Source: Candidatus Thorarchaeota archaeon
GTDB taxonomy: Archaea; Asgardarchaeota; Thorarchaeia; Thorarchaeales; Thorarchaeaceae
Length of the DNA stretch: 32,000 nt
NCBI GenBank assembly: GCA_008080745.1
Contig: SHMX01000004.1
Span: 384,704 to 416,703 of the forward strand
Direction: 5' to 3'
The notes under the pieces are model-generated. The model was given only the letters and a program-made list of their open reading frames with translations. It ran no database searches and had not been told where the DNA came from. Position numbers and translations under genes: made by a program. Below are positions 23,048-32,000 of the stretch, in pieces (within the stretch, counting starts at the first letter, position 1; the number at the start of each line of letters is the position of its first letter).

Positions 23048-24334
23048 TTATGATACTGGAAAACCATATCGTTCTGGAGACCCCGACCTACATGCCCATG
23101 GTACATCAGCCATACCTGTTGAATCGGTTTGAATTGCGTACGTGAAACCTGCAAAGTCGCAAATGAACAATACACCGTCTGAGTTGATAATGGGTGAGGG
23201 CCATGTAACATCTCGTTCTAATTCGATCTCTCTGACCAATTCACCATCAACCATCTGAATCACGAACAGTTTCGAGTCTTCAGAGGCAATGTAGAGATTT
23301 CCATCATCCGCGAGAGCTGGTGAGCAGTAGAGGTCTCGAAATGACTCGGTGCACTGCCATTTGATGGTACCATCAGGATTGATGGCATAGAGTTTGGAAT
23401 TATCATTATCTTTGGTGCCAACATAGATGACTCCATCATTGTCAATGGCTGCATTTGCACGGATTCCTCCTGAACCCAGGTCGCATCTCCAGTTCACATT
23501 TCCATCAGTGTCAAGAGAGACAACTGTGTGGTTCTCAGCTCCAAGTATGATATCTCCATCACCATTGATCGAAGGTTTGTATTTTCGAATATCATCGCTC
23601 TCTCCATAGGTCCATTCAACCAGTCCTGTATTTTTATTCAGAGCGTAGAAAGTCTTTCCGCCAAAGAGAGCTAGGTCTCCACTGACTGTTACACTGTTAC
23701 AGACCGGACCACTCTCATAGGTCCATCTTACTGTCCCATTATCGCCATAGAAAGACCAGAATTTCTCGCCAGCAACATAAACGTTGTTATCTGCATCAAT
23801 AGCAGGTTCAAGGAGCGCAAGAGCCCATTTATCCTGTTGTTCATATGGTGGAGCGCTAGGTCTCGAAGGGTCTTTGTAGATCTCAGTGGTGATGACATGA
23901 GACCAAGCCTCAGTTCCATTATTTCGGTATAGGGCAACGAGTTCGTCTGTGGTTCTGAAACCTTCTGAATCATGAGCCTCCGCTACCACATATAGCATAT
24001 CATTGAGACCCAGCACTGGACCTCCGCGAATCTCTTTCGGGCCAGCATCGTATTTCCATACCTCTTCACCAGTTTCTTGGGAGAGACAATAGACATAGTA
24101 GTGATCTGCTAAGGATTCCCCGTTTGCTTCGTGATACCATTTATGAGAGGTGCCCATGTAGAGGTTTCCCTCATTATCGAGTGCTGGTGAACTGTAATCG
24201 TAAAAGGCAGTCTCATCTCTGTGAGTCCAGAGATAATTGTTCTCTGGAGCTGGTTGGTAAACGATGAATATTCCTATAGTCACAACTACAATAATCAATA
24301 TTGCAACAACTGCTAGTTTTGGACCTCGACTCAT
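23048..24334 (-). CDS. Membrane-anchored PQQ-like (BamB-type) beta-propeller protein
   Basis: N-terminal hydrophobic anchor LAVVAILIIVVVTIGIFIVY; repeated blade motifs SSPALDNEGNLYMG, GEEVWKY, GTVRWTY, GLVEWTY, GNVNW, GTIKW, SPALADDGNLYIAS. Confidence 0.88.
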   Translation of the reverse strand: MSRGPKLAVVAILIIVVVTIGIFIVYQPAPENNYLWTHRDETAFYDYSSPALDNEGNLYMGTSHKWYHEANGESLADHYYVYCLSQETGEEVWKYDAGPKEIRGGPVLGLNDMLYVVAEAHDSEGFRTTDELVALYRNNGTEAWSHVITTEIYKDPSRPSAPPYEQQDKWALALLEPAIDADNNVYVAGEKFWSFYGDNGTVRWTYESGPVCNSVTVSGDLALFGGKTFYALNKNTGLVEWTYGESDDIRKYKPSINGDGDIILGAENHTVVSLDTDGNVNWRCDLGSGGIRANAAIDNDGVIYVGTKDNDNSKLYAINPDGTIKWQCTESFRDLYCSPALADDGNLYIASEDSKLFVIQMVDGELVREIELERDVTWPSPIINSDGVLFICDFAGFTYAIQTDSTGMADVPWACRSGSPERYGFPVS

Positions 24335-24566
24335 GATAACATATCAAAGAATTGCTATTAAAATCTCTTTCGAGAATTACTACCTCTCTAACCTCCTCCT
24401 ATTTTGTACCTAGCTCTGCTATTCTAACTTCGATTACGACTTCATTTTCAATTTGTAATTATTACTAAGTAATACTATGTTTTATGATAACTTTTTACGA
24501 TATTATTTTCTAAAAGTAAAATATTAAGTAGCAAAATATTGCTAATTTTACAAAATAAAACCCTAT

Positions 24567-24600
24567 AAAGCTCGTTTTAGCCAATAAGAGCTTTTATATG
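24567..24600 (+). promoter_or_regulatory. Inverted repeat overlapping the probable TATA box of the 2438-aa surface protein gene
   Basis: AAAGCTC (24567-24573) and GAGCTTT (24588-24594) with a 14-nt spacer; TTTTATAT at about 24592-24599; GGAGGAG SD near 24630. Confidence 0.4.
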
Positions 24601-24641
24601 CCTTTTACGAAACTACTTATTGAATCCTTGGAGGAGCTCGC

Positions 24642-27600
24642 ATGAACAGTAGTACGCCTTATTTCAAGATTGGAATCACATTATGCTTTGCCTTAGTTTT
24701 AGTTCTGAGTAGCTCTACGGTTACAGTAGATCAACCAACTAACACTCTGAACGAAATTGATGGGGTTGTAGATAGTGCAGTCATCAGTTCAACATCCGGC
24801 GATATTTATTCTGGATCCGGTGACTGGGTTATTGATCAGTATACGGAATATATTAGCGAGAATGTTGCAGTCGATGGTGATATACTCATCAAAGATAACG
24901 GAACGTTAGTTTTACAAGATACTACAATATCACTCACGGTTAGTGGGTCACTTGTGAATGTAAGTGATGGTGGCTATCTTGAATCATCAATCGATAGTTC
25001 TCTTTCTGCTGATGTTGCTGGATACTTCAACTTCAGCATCTACGGAAATGTGTCAATGACTGACACCAACATCAAGGGTTTTGATGAAATTACAATGAAA
25101 AACAATACCCTTAATGCGACGTTCACAAATTGTGAGTTTCAAAATGCTACGGGAAATATCAAGGTTAGTAGTGTTCATTCAGCCCATTTTGATACCTGTT
25201 ATTTCCATCATATTAACTGCTCAGGCTATTTCATAGACGGATTTAATTTTATTATAGAGAATTGTAAATTTGGATCCTTTGAAGGTCCAGGAACTGTTCC
25301 ATCACCACATGCGCAAAAAGGACTCATACATTCCGATGTTTCATTCGGCTACGTTAAAGTACTCTCAAATGATTTCTATGCAGTAGATACCTATGGTACA
25401 TCTAAGGGAGATGTAATAGATATTGGTACGATAATTGGTAATGTTACAATATCGGATAATCGTTTTGTCAGGTGTGGTGATTTTCTATCCACAATAATCA
25501 AAGTGCAAGACGTGGAAGCAGTAATCTCACGAAATCGTATAATTAGCTCAACTGCCACCCGTGCTATTTACCTTATAGCTGCAAACAACACTATTGCGGA
25601 AAGGAATCTAATTTGGAATCATACAGGTTCAGCTATCTCGCTATGGCTCGGAAATAGCACCGTACGATGGAATAACATACTTGATAACTCTGGTAATGGA
25701 ATAGACTTAGATGATGCTGACGGTGCACTTGTTCATGGAAACGCTATATTTTCAAACAACATTGGTCTAAAGGTCAGTGCTGAAACAGCTGCTCCCACTA
25801 TCTATCTCAATGGCTTTCTTGATAACGCGCAACATGCTGTTGATTATAATAATGATGACGCCATAACTTGGGATAATGGAACAATTGGCAATCTCTGGGA
25901 CAATTTCACTGGCACAGCTGAAACAGGAAACATCTGGATTGGAGATTCTTCCTTTAGCCCCCATGAAAATATTACTGATTCCTATCCTAGTTTGATGATA
26001 GGTGAACTTCCACCATCTTCTGGTACATGGGATACTGATATTCCCAACATGTTTATGGGAAACGACTTGACAATAGATGGTAATGTGGATGTCACCGGAC
26101 CAGGTGGAGCTATCTTACTCTTCTCAAATTCATTATCCTGTGGTGCTTCGAACACCTTCACCTTTGGTGAGAATTCGATCTTCTGGATTCAAGAGTCTGA
26201 GGTCACAACCGCAAATCCAACAGACGAGATGGGAGATTTTCATTTCAATGATATCTTTTACTTTGGAGCGGTTCAGTCTTCGATAAGCAATATCGGTCAT
26301 GATTTCAATCAAGATGACTTTACAATTTCAGCTAGGTTTGTTGATATAGAATATTCTACATTTTCCGACATTCCTGGTATAACCATCTCTGCACACTCCG
26401 ATTATGAATGGAGAGATCACTGGACACCTATTGATCTTTGTAGTGTTCAGAATAACATATTTGAGGACATCAAAGCTGACAGTTCAAATACCAATGTCTT
26501 CACGCTTGAATGGCCAAGTATTGATTTCATCAACAATACCGTTGAAGCTAGAGATCCAGACAGGACTGTTACAATCGAACCGTATATTCCACTTGACAAC
26601 AGCTATAATCAATCCATCACGATAGATAGCTGCAATATCTCTAATGCTATTCTAAATGTGACAGTGGTCAGTTCTGAATATACAATGGTAGATATCACAA
26701 ACTGTGAATTCGGTCAAGGTGGTCTCTTTAGAGCTATGGAAACATTTGGCGAACAGACTCCTCAAGTGTACAGTGTCAATAATTCCGTATTATCGGGCGA
26801 TTTCGATATTAGAGGTCTCAATTATCTGGGAACTCAGTACTATTTAGATGTAGTATTTGATAATAATATCTTTAGTGGAGATTGCCTGATGTTCTATATC
26901 GATAGTTGTAGTGGAGATAATAACACATTCAATAATCAGTTATGGATTGACGATACCCTGAATTGCGTCATATCCGGTAGTGAAGCAAATGGTAACGTCT
27001 ATCTGAGAGGGCCTTCATATCACGTCACTTTCCAAGATACTTTCTTTGAATCTGCAACGATTTATGTTGGAAGTGGTGGTGTAAATTACACAACCTTCGA
27101 TAATTGTTCTTTTGACAGCATCTCATGGAACTTCTACAGCGGAACTTACTACTTTGAAATAACCGATAGCACATTTTACAGTGGTTTCGTTGCAGATACT
27201 GGTTTTCCTGATGGGGTTCACAATGTAACAATTGAAAACAGCGAGTTTTACATGAGTGGGGATGAAGCCATCTTCATCGATGATGGTGATAATGCAACAA
27301 TCATAGGTAACACAATTATCAATGCAAGTAACGGTATCCGAATTCGATATGGTAAGAATCCAATCGTTGCTGGGAATAATATTGCTAATATTTCTGGTAC
27401 TGCAATAAACGTAGACTCATCCGCAAGCACAGCTTGGATAGCAAATAATCAGATATTCAATGCTACTTCAAATGGCATCAGTACTGGTGGTTTGGATAAT
27501 GGTTCTCTAATAGCTGACAACAGTATTGAACTAGTTGGAGGTTATGGTATTCGTGTACAAGGCTATGATGTTGCTGGTCATAGCTATTTCATTACCGTCC

Positions 27601-30600
27601 AGAACAACATTATTACGAATTGCTCAGGTGATGGTATGTATCTGGTTGATTTGCATAACGCATCAATCTACAATAACAGAATTACTGACAGTGGAGATTA
27701 TGGTTTTAAGAGTGACTTGAGTTACAGTTCCATATTCTGGATGAATGTACTCTACGATAATCAGGATGGTAACTTCTTCGGCACTGGAAGCTTTGTCTTT
27801 GACAATGGAACTCACGGGAATTTCTGGGGCCCTTCAGGACCTGGGGGATCAGAATACTGCGACAGCTATAGTACTGGAGGCAATCCATGGATTGCAGATG
27901 TACCATACGAAGTGACATCTGGCTACTACGACAATAATGCGTTACTTCTAAGCATGCCACAATTCCTCTCATATTCAAATGAAATTGAAGATATTTGGGG
28001 AGTGAATTTCCATCTTATTGCATTGAACTGCTCAGCTTTTCCACAACAAGAAATGTACATTTTTGACGGTGGAAATATGACACTGATTGGAACATATGTT
28101 GAGTTTCAATCTGATGCAGCAACTATTCAACCAATTATTGTCGAAGATGGTTGTTCTTTGACTCTTATGAACGGTGCAATATTCACTGCTAACAACACTG
28201 ATACCACCTATGGATTCTACCTAGAGATAGGCTCGTGGTTGGAAATCGATAATGCATCAATATACCGCTGCGGTTATGGAGATGGAAATGCTGGTCTCTT
28301 TGTGAATTCGACTGGGGTCTCATTTAATGAGGTAAGTATCCATGATTCACCTATTGGAATGGAACTATATCAAGTCAGTTTTGAATTGAGTACTATCTCG
28401 TTCTATGACTGTGAGACTGCACTTCTGATAAACGACTGTACTCTCTGCAATGTCACTGACATATACAACGAGAATGTTGACCTTGGTGTCAATATCACAT
28501 CTTCATCAGAATGTACGATTCAATTGGTAGACTTCACAATGTGCACCAACTATGGTGTTTGGATCAGCTCTGGTTCACCCGATAACAACATTATCGATAA
28601 CAAGTTCGTTGCCATCTCTGGCACAGGACTCTACATCGCATCCAGCGGTACAGATGTCTATCTTAATGCTTTTATTGAAAACGGATGGCATATCGATGAG
28701 TCGGGATCGGTAACCAATACATACACCAACGGTACTTTTGGCAATTTCTACTATGATTATGATGGGGTAGATGACGATGGAGATCTCATTGGTGATACAC
28801 CTTACAGTTCAGCAATATCTGATATCGTAGACAATCAACCTCTCATGGTATTTGGTGCTCTACCTACTTCGACGGGATGGACTGTTGATAGATTTACCAT
28901 CGCTTTGAATACCAACTTCACTATGAATGGACACGTGGATGTCTATGAAGAACTCTATCTAGAAGGCACTCGACTATGGATGAACTCTTCTGAGACTGCA
29001 ACCTATAGGACGATTACAGTCTGTGATGGTGGCAAAATCCACATCACGAATGCAACTCTCAGAGCTATCAATTCTAGCTATCGCTACAAGATTACTGCGA
29101 ATATCGGTTCTGAAGTCTATGTTGTTGATACCTACCTGATTAATCAGCATTGGTTGTTGAGTCGGACACTCGATTTGACATTGACTAATGTAACATGGAT
29201 CGATGTCTATGATGGTGTCGCATTATTAGGTGGAGGAACTGGTGATTACGTGTTTGAAAACTGCACAGTTAATGGTGCTGAACACCACGGAATTTTCATA
29301 GATGCCTTTAGCAACATCACAATTCGGGATTGGTTCTTCTATTCAGTTGATGATATGGCTATTCGCACCGAAGGAACCGATGTAACCATAGAAGACATCT
29401 TTGTCTATTCCTGTGAGACCGGAGTATACTACGACCATACTGGTGGTATCTTGACAGTAAGAAATTCCGTATTTAATGATACAAACTACTGTCTCACTGG
29501 AAATACCGCTGTCACCATTCTCGTGGATAATGTAAACGGGTACTTCATTGGTACATCTGGTATCAGAACCTATTACGTAGATAATGCTACAATCATAAAC
29601 ACCCACATTGAGATGACTGGTAGTGGTACGTCCTTTGAATTGGACAGCTATACGACTCACTTTGAATTGTATAATCTGTACGGATTCAATGGTTCTAATG
29701 GAGTACTCATTGATGACTACTCTTACGGAACAATAGATCTGTGTGAGTTCTACAACTTCTCAATGGGAATCAGACTTTATGGACCAGTAGAAGTCAATAT
29801 CACTAACTCTTTGCTCTATGGATGTGGAACTGGCTTCGAGGGTTACTTTGATTGTTCAGCGTATGTGATTGGAAACACATTCCAATACTGCGATGATGCA
29901 GTCGATGTGCACACTCTGACTGATTCGTACTTTATGGATTTGATTATTGAGAACTGTGAATATGGTATTACCACAAGCAACACATTCAATGATGTTGTTA
30001 TTGCTGGAAATACATACCTGGATACAACCTATCCTATTCACATCAGTCATAGTCACAATTTCATCATCGAGAACGAGATCATTGCGTCTTGCAGTTATGC
30101 TATCAGTCTTGATGACACCCACAATGTGACTATCCGTAATGTGGATGTTACTACAGCATCTGCTACGGGTCTGCATCTGAAGAATTACAACAATCTTACA
30201 GTGATTGATGTGACTCTTGACGGATGTGATCAAGGTTTCTATATCGGTTCGATTGACACCTCTGGAACTGGCGGCGGATTGTATCTGAACGAAACCGTCT
30301 TGACCAATTGCGATGTTGGTCTGTATCTAGTTGAACCTTATCTGACCATGAGAGACTGTACTATGTCTAGCATTGGAACTACAGGAATCGAGTACTACGA
30401 TGTCTATGGCACAGATATCCATATTGACATTGATACTAGTAACACGCTTGAAGGATTACCAATCTACTCGTTCTATAACGTGTCAGATATAACAACTTCA
30501 GGTTTCGAAACCTACTCCTTTGCAGTTATCGAGTCCAGTAATGTAACGATTGTGTCTGCAGAATTCCATAACTTTGATAATATGTTCATCCGGTATTCTG

Positions 30601-31958
30601 ACAATGTCACACTTGCAAACTCGACGGTGAACACTGATTTGGATCTGTCTGGTGATGACTACTATTTCATCGGCAACACCTTTGATGATACAATCATCAA
30701 CTTCATTTCCAACTCTCAGAACTTTACCTTCACTCTCAATGCCTTCAAGACATCTTACTACTTTGATGATTCATTCAGAGTGACTGATCTGCACTTCAAC
30801 GCATCAGAATATGGCAACTACTGGTACAATCATGATGGCACAGATTCTGACCATGATGGAATTGGAGATGACCCGTTCAGGCTTCCAGGCCATGTTTCTA
30901 ATCTGTACGATTACCTGCCTCTTATGGCTAACCCAGTCTCATACACTGCATACTTGACCCTTCATGCTCCAAGCGATACTGCATTGCTCTCTGGTCTTGC
31001 AAATGTATCAGTCACTGTTGATGTGGTGGTTGGATTCTATTATGAGGGTTCAGTGTCGATTGTGACCAGTATAACTCTGAACGGAACTGAGGTTCATAGT
31101 GCTGCTGATGGGAGTATCGAGTTTGACCTTGATACAAGTGTCTATGGTGACGGCTTGTACATCTTAAAGGTGACTACAACTGTTAATTCGATTGACGAGT
31201 TTACTGATGAGATTCAAGTCACTCTCGATAATACTGGTCCAAATCTCGTGGTATCTATCGAGGATGAGACCGTCACCACAGATGACAATCCCTATTGGAC
31301 AGTAGATGTAGAGGATGACATTTCAGATCTCCTCTGGATTGCAGCTTATCTTGATGGTGTATTGTTTGACAACGATACTGAATGGGGTCAGACAGGTACT
31401 CTCTCTTTCAGTCCTGAATTCACATCTGAGAAGAGCTATGAACTCTGTCTACGTTCAATGGACGAACTTGGCAACATTGGTGAGGTCAACCTGACAGTCT
31501 ACTATGACACCTCAGCGCCTCAACTTTCCTCTCCTGCTGATATCAGCTATGAGGTTGGAACCAGTGGTCAAACAATAACTTGGGAGGTAAGTGACCTAAC
31601 CCCTCAGAACTACAGTATCACACTAGATGGTAGTCTCTGGCAGGACGGGGATTGGGAAGGAGATGATATCATCACAAACGTCAGTGGACTACTGGTTGGA
31701 GACCACACTCTTGTCATTACAGTCTATGATCGCGCTGGTTATTCAAGCACGGATACAGTTGAAGTTGAAGTGACTGATGCAAGTACAACTACTACAACTG
31801 GTACGACTGACACTACAACAACAACTACAGATGGTACGACTCCACCTCCTGATGGTGAGATTTCACCGATGATGATTGCATTGGTTTTCGGTGGACTCGG
31901 TGCAGGTATTGTCATTGTTATCATCGTACTCAAAATGAAAAAGAGTGACAGTGCATAA
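24642..31958 (+). CDS. Giant cell-surface glycoprotein/adhesin: signal peptide, four right-handed parallel beta-helix (NosD/PbH1-like) modules, Ig-like domains, Thr-rich linker, C-terminal TM anchor
   Basis: Signal peptide FKIGITLCFALVLVLSSS; repeated 'N.I.NN.I.N...GI.L' coils; GNxW/Y...DGIGDxPY cap motifs four times; many N-x-S/T sequons; TTTTTGTTDTTTTTTDGTTPPP linker; TM MMIALVFGGLGAGIVIVIIVL followed by KMKK. Confidence 0.92.
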   Translation: MNSSTPYFKIGITLCFALVLVLSSSTVTVDQPTNTLNEIDGVVDSAVISSTSGDIYSGSGDWVIDQYTEYISENVAVDGDILIKDNGTLVLQDTTISLTVSGSLVNVSDGGYLESSIDSSLSADVAGYFNFSIYGNVSMTDTNIKGFDEITMKNNTLNATFTNCEFQNATGNIKVSSVHSAHFDTCYFHHINCSGYFIDGFNFIIENCKFGSFEGPGTVPSPHAQKGLIHSDVSFGYVKVLSNDFYAVDTYGTSKGDVIDIGTIIGNVTISDNRFVRCGDFLSTIIKVQDVEAVISRNRIISSTATRAIYLIAANNTIAERNLIWNHTGSAISLWLGNSTVRWNNILDNSGNGIDLDDADGALVHGNAIFSNNIGLKVSAETAAPTIYLNGFLDNAQHAVDYNNDDAITWDNGTIGNLWDNFTGTAETGNIWIGDSSFSPHENITDSYPSLMIGELPPSSGTWDTDIPNMFMGNDLTIDGNVDVTGPGGAILLFSNSLSCGASNTFTFGENSIFWIQESEVTTANPTDEMGDFHFNDIFYFGAVQSSISNIGHDFNQDDFTISARFVDIEYSTFSDIPGITISAHSDYEWRDHWTPIDLCSVQNNIFEDIKADSSNTNVFTLEWPSIDFINNTVEARDPDRTVTIEPYIPLDNSYNQSITIDSCNISNAILNVTVVSSEYTMVDITNCEFGQGGLFRAMETFGEQTPQVYSVNNSVLSGDFDIRGLNYLGTQYYLDVVFDNNIFSGDCLMFYIDSCSGDNNTFNNQLWIDDTLNCVISGSEANGNVYLRGPSYHVTFQDTFFESATIYVGSGGVNYTTFDNCSFDSISWNFYSGTYYFEITDSTFYSGFVADTGFPDGVHNVTIENSEFYMSGDEAIFIDDGDNATIIGNTIINASNGIRIRYGKNPIVAGNNIANISGTAINVDSSASTAWIANNQIFNATSNGISTGGLDNGSLIADNSIELVGGYGIRVQGYDVAGHSYFITVQNNIITNCSGDGMYLVDLHNASIYNNRITDSGDYGFKSDLSYSSIFWMNVLYDNQDGNFFGTGSFVFDNGTHGNFWGPSGPGGSEYCDSYSTGGNPWIADVPYEVTSGYYDNNALLLSMPQFLSYSNEIEDIWGVNFHLIALNCSAFPQQEMYIFDGGNMTLIGTYVEFQSDAATIQPIIVEDGCSLTLMNGAIFTANNTDTTYGFYLEIGSWLEIDNASIYRCGYGDGNAGLFVNSTGVSFNEVSIHDSPIGMELYQVSFELSTISFYDCETALLINDCTLCNVTDIYNENVDLGVNITSSSECTIQLVDFTMCTNYGVWISSGSPDNNIIDNKFVAISGTGLYIASSGTDVYLNAFIENGWHIDESGSVTNTYTNGTFGNFYYDYDGVDDDGDLIGDTPYSSAISDIVDNQPLMVFGALPTSTGWTVDRFTIALNTNFTMNGHVDVYEELYLEGTRLWMNSSETATYRTITVCDGGKIHITNATLRAINSSYRYKITANIGSEVYVVDTYLINQHWLLSRTLDLTLTNVTWIDVYDGVALLGGGTGDYVFENCTVNGAEHHGIFIDAFSNITIRDWFFYSVDDMAIRTEGTDVTIEDIFVYSCETGVYYDHTGGILTVRNSVFNDTNYCLTGNTAVTILVDNVNGYFIGTSGIRTYYVDNATIINTHIEMTGSGTSFELDSYTTHFELYNLYGFNGSNGVLIDDYSYGTIDLCEFYNFSMGIRLYGPVEVNITNSLLYGCGTGFEGYFDCSAYVIGNTFQYCDDAVDVHTLTDSYFMDLIIENCEYGITTSNTFNDVVIAGNTYLDTTYPIHISHSHNFIIENEIIASCSYAISLDDTHNVTIRNVDVTTASATGLHLKNYNNLTVIDVTLDGCDQGFYIGSIDTSGTGGGLYLNETVLTNCDVGLYLVEPYLTMRDCTMSSIGTTGIEYYDVYGTDIHIDIDTSNTLEGLPIYSFYNVSDITTSGFETYSFAVIESSNVTIVSAEFHNFDNMFIRYSDNVTLANSTVNTDLDLSGDDYYFIGNTFDDTIINFISNSQNFTFTLNAFKTSYYFDDSFRVTDLHFNASEYGNYWYNHDGTDSDHDGIGDDPFRLPGHVSNLYDYLPLMANPVSYTAYLTLHAPSDTALLSGLANVSVTVDVVVGFYYEGSVSIVTSITLNGTEVHSAADGSIEFDLDTSVYGDGLYILKVTTTVNSIDEFTDEIQVTLDNTGPNLVVSIEDETVTTDDNPYWTVDVEDDISDLLWIAAYLDGVLFDNDTEWGQTGTLSFSPEFTSEKSYELCLRSMDELGNIGEVNLTVYYDTSAPQLSSPADISYEVGTSGQTITWEVSDLTPQNYSITLDGSLWQDGDWEGDDIITNVSGLLVGDHTLVITVYDRAGYSSTDTVEVEVTDASTTTTTGTTDTTTTTTDGTTPPPDGEISPMMIALVFGGLGAGIVIVIIVLKMKKSDSA

Positions 31959-31962
31959 ACTG

Positions 31963-32000
31963 AAAGTGAGCTTTCAAAGCTCACTTTTTCTTTTCTTTTT
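31963..32000 (+). terminator. Perfect hairpin plus long T-tract
   Basis: AAAGTGAGCTTT-C-AAAGCTCACTTT (31963-31987) followed by TTCTTTTCTTTTT, 4 nt after the stop codon. Confidence 0.85.

Noticed and set aside
25767-30233. Multiple 60-125 aa alternative-frame and antisense ORFs inside the giant surface-protein gene
   Set aside because: They are fully nested in a well-supported long CDS and lack motifs or ribosome-binding sites; the same applies to similar short ORFs elsewhere in the track.

Overview
Archaeal genomic window, inferred to be Asgard (Thorarchaeia-like) from GGTGA/GGAG ribosome-binding sites, TATA-box promoters, frequent TTG starts, a 24-residue 'LDLSPL' LRR protein and a membrane PCI-like/zinc-ribbon protein. 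Left part: 5'-truncated M28 peptidase, three hypothetical genes, YkgJ-type Cys-cluster protein, orphan N4-cytosine-type DNA methyltransferase, HemN-like radical SAM enzyme and a single-OB SSB with an RGG tail. Two giant secreted proteins dominate: one of about 1830 aa (probable caspase/CHAT-fold N-terminal domain, 15 Asp-rich Ca-binding repeats) and one of 2438 aa (four beta-helix modules, Ig-like domains, Thr linker, C-terminal TM anchor). Middle: GNAT, NifB/NifX-family protein with a Gly/Arg/Met tail, and a fluoride-resistance locus not visible in the ORF track. It consists of a fluoride (crcB) riboswitch at 18251-18296 (-), two oppositely oriented Fluc channel subunits, and a CLC-CBS protein whose anion-selectivity loop appears shortened by two residues. 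Next comes a defence-like block: an AT-rich, translationally coupled SAMHD1-like HD dNTPase plus YwgA/Panacea-like winged-helix pair, a decayed MNT-HEPN toxin-antitoxin pair and a cytosolic LRR protein. No rRNA, tRNA, CRISPR array or transposase was found. All family assignments come from motif recognition by eye; no database searches were run.
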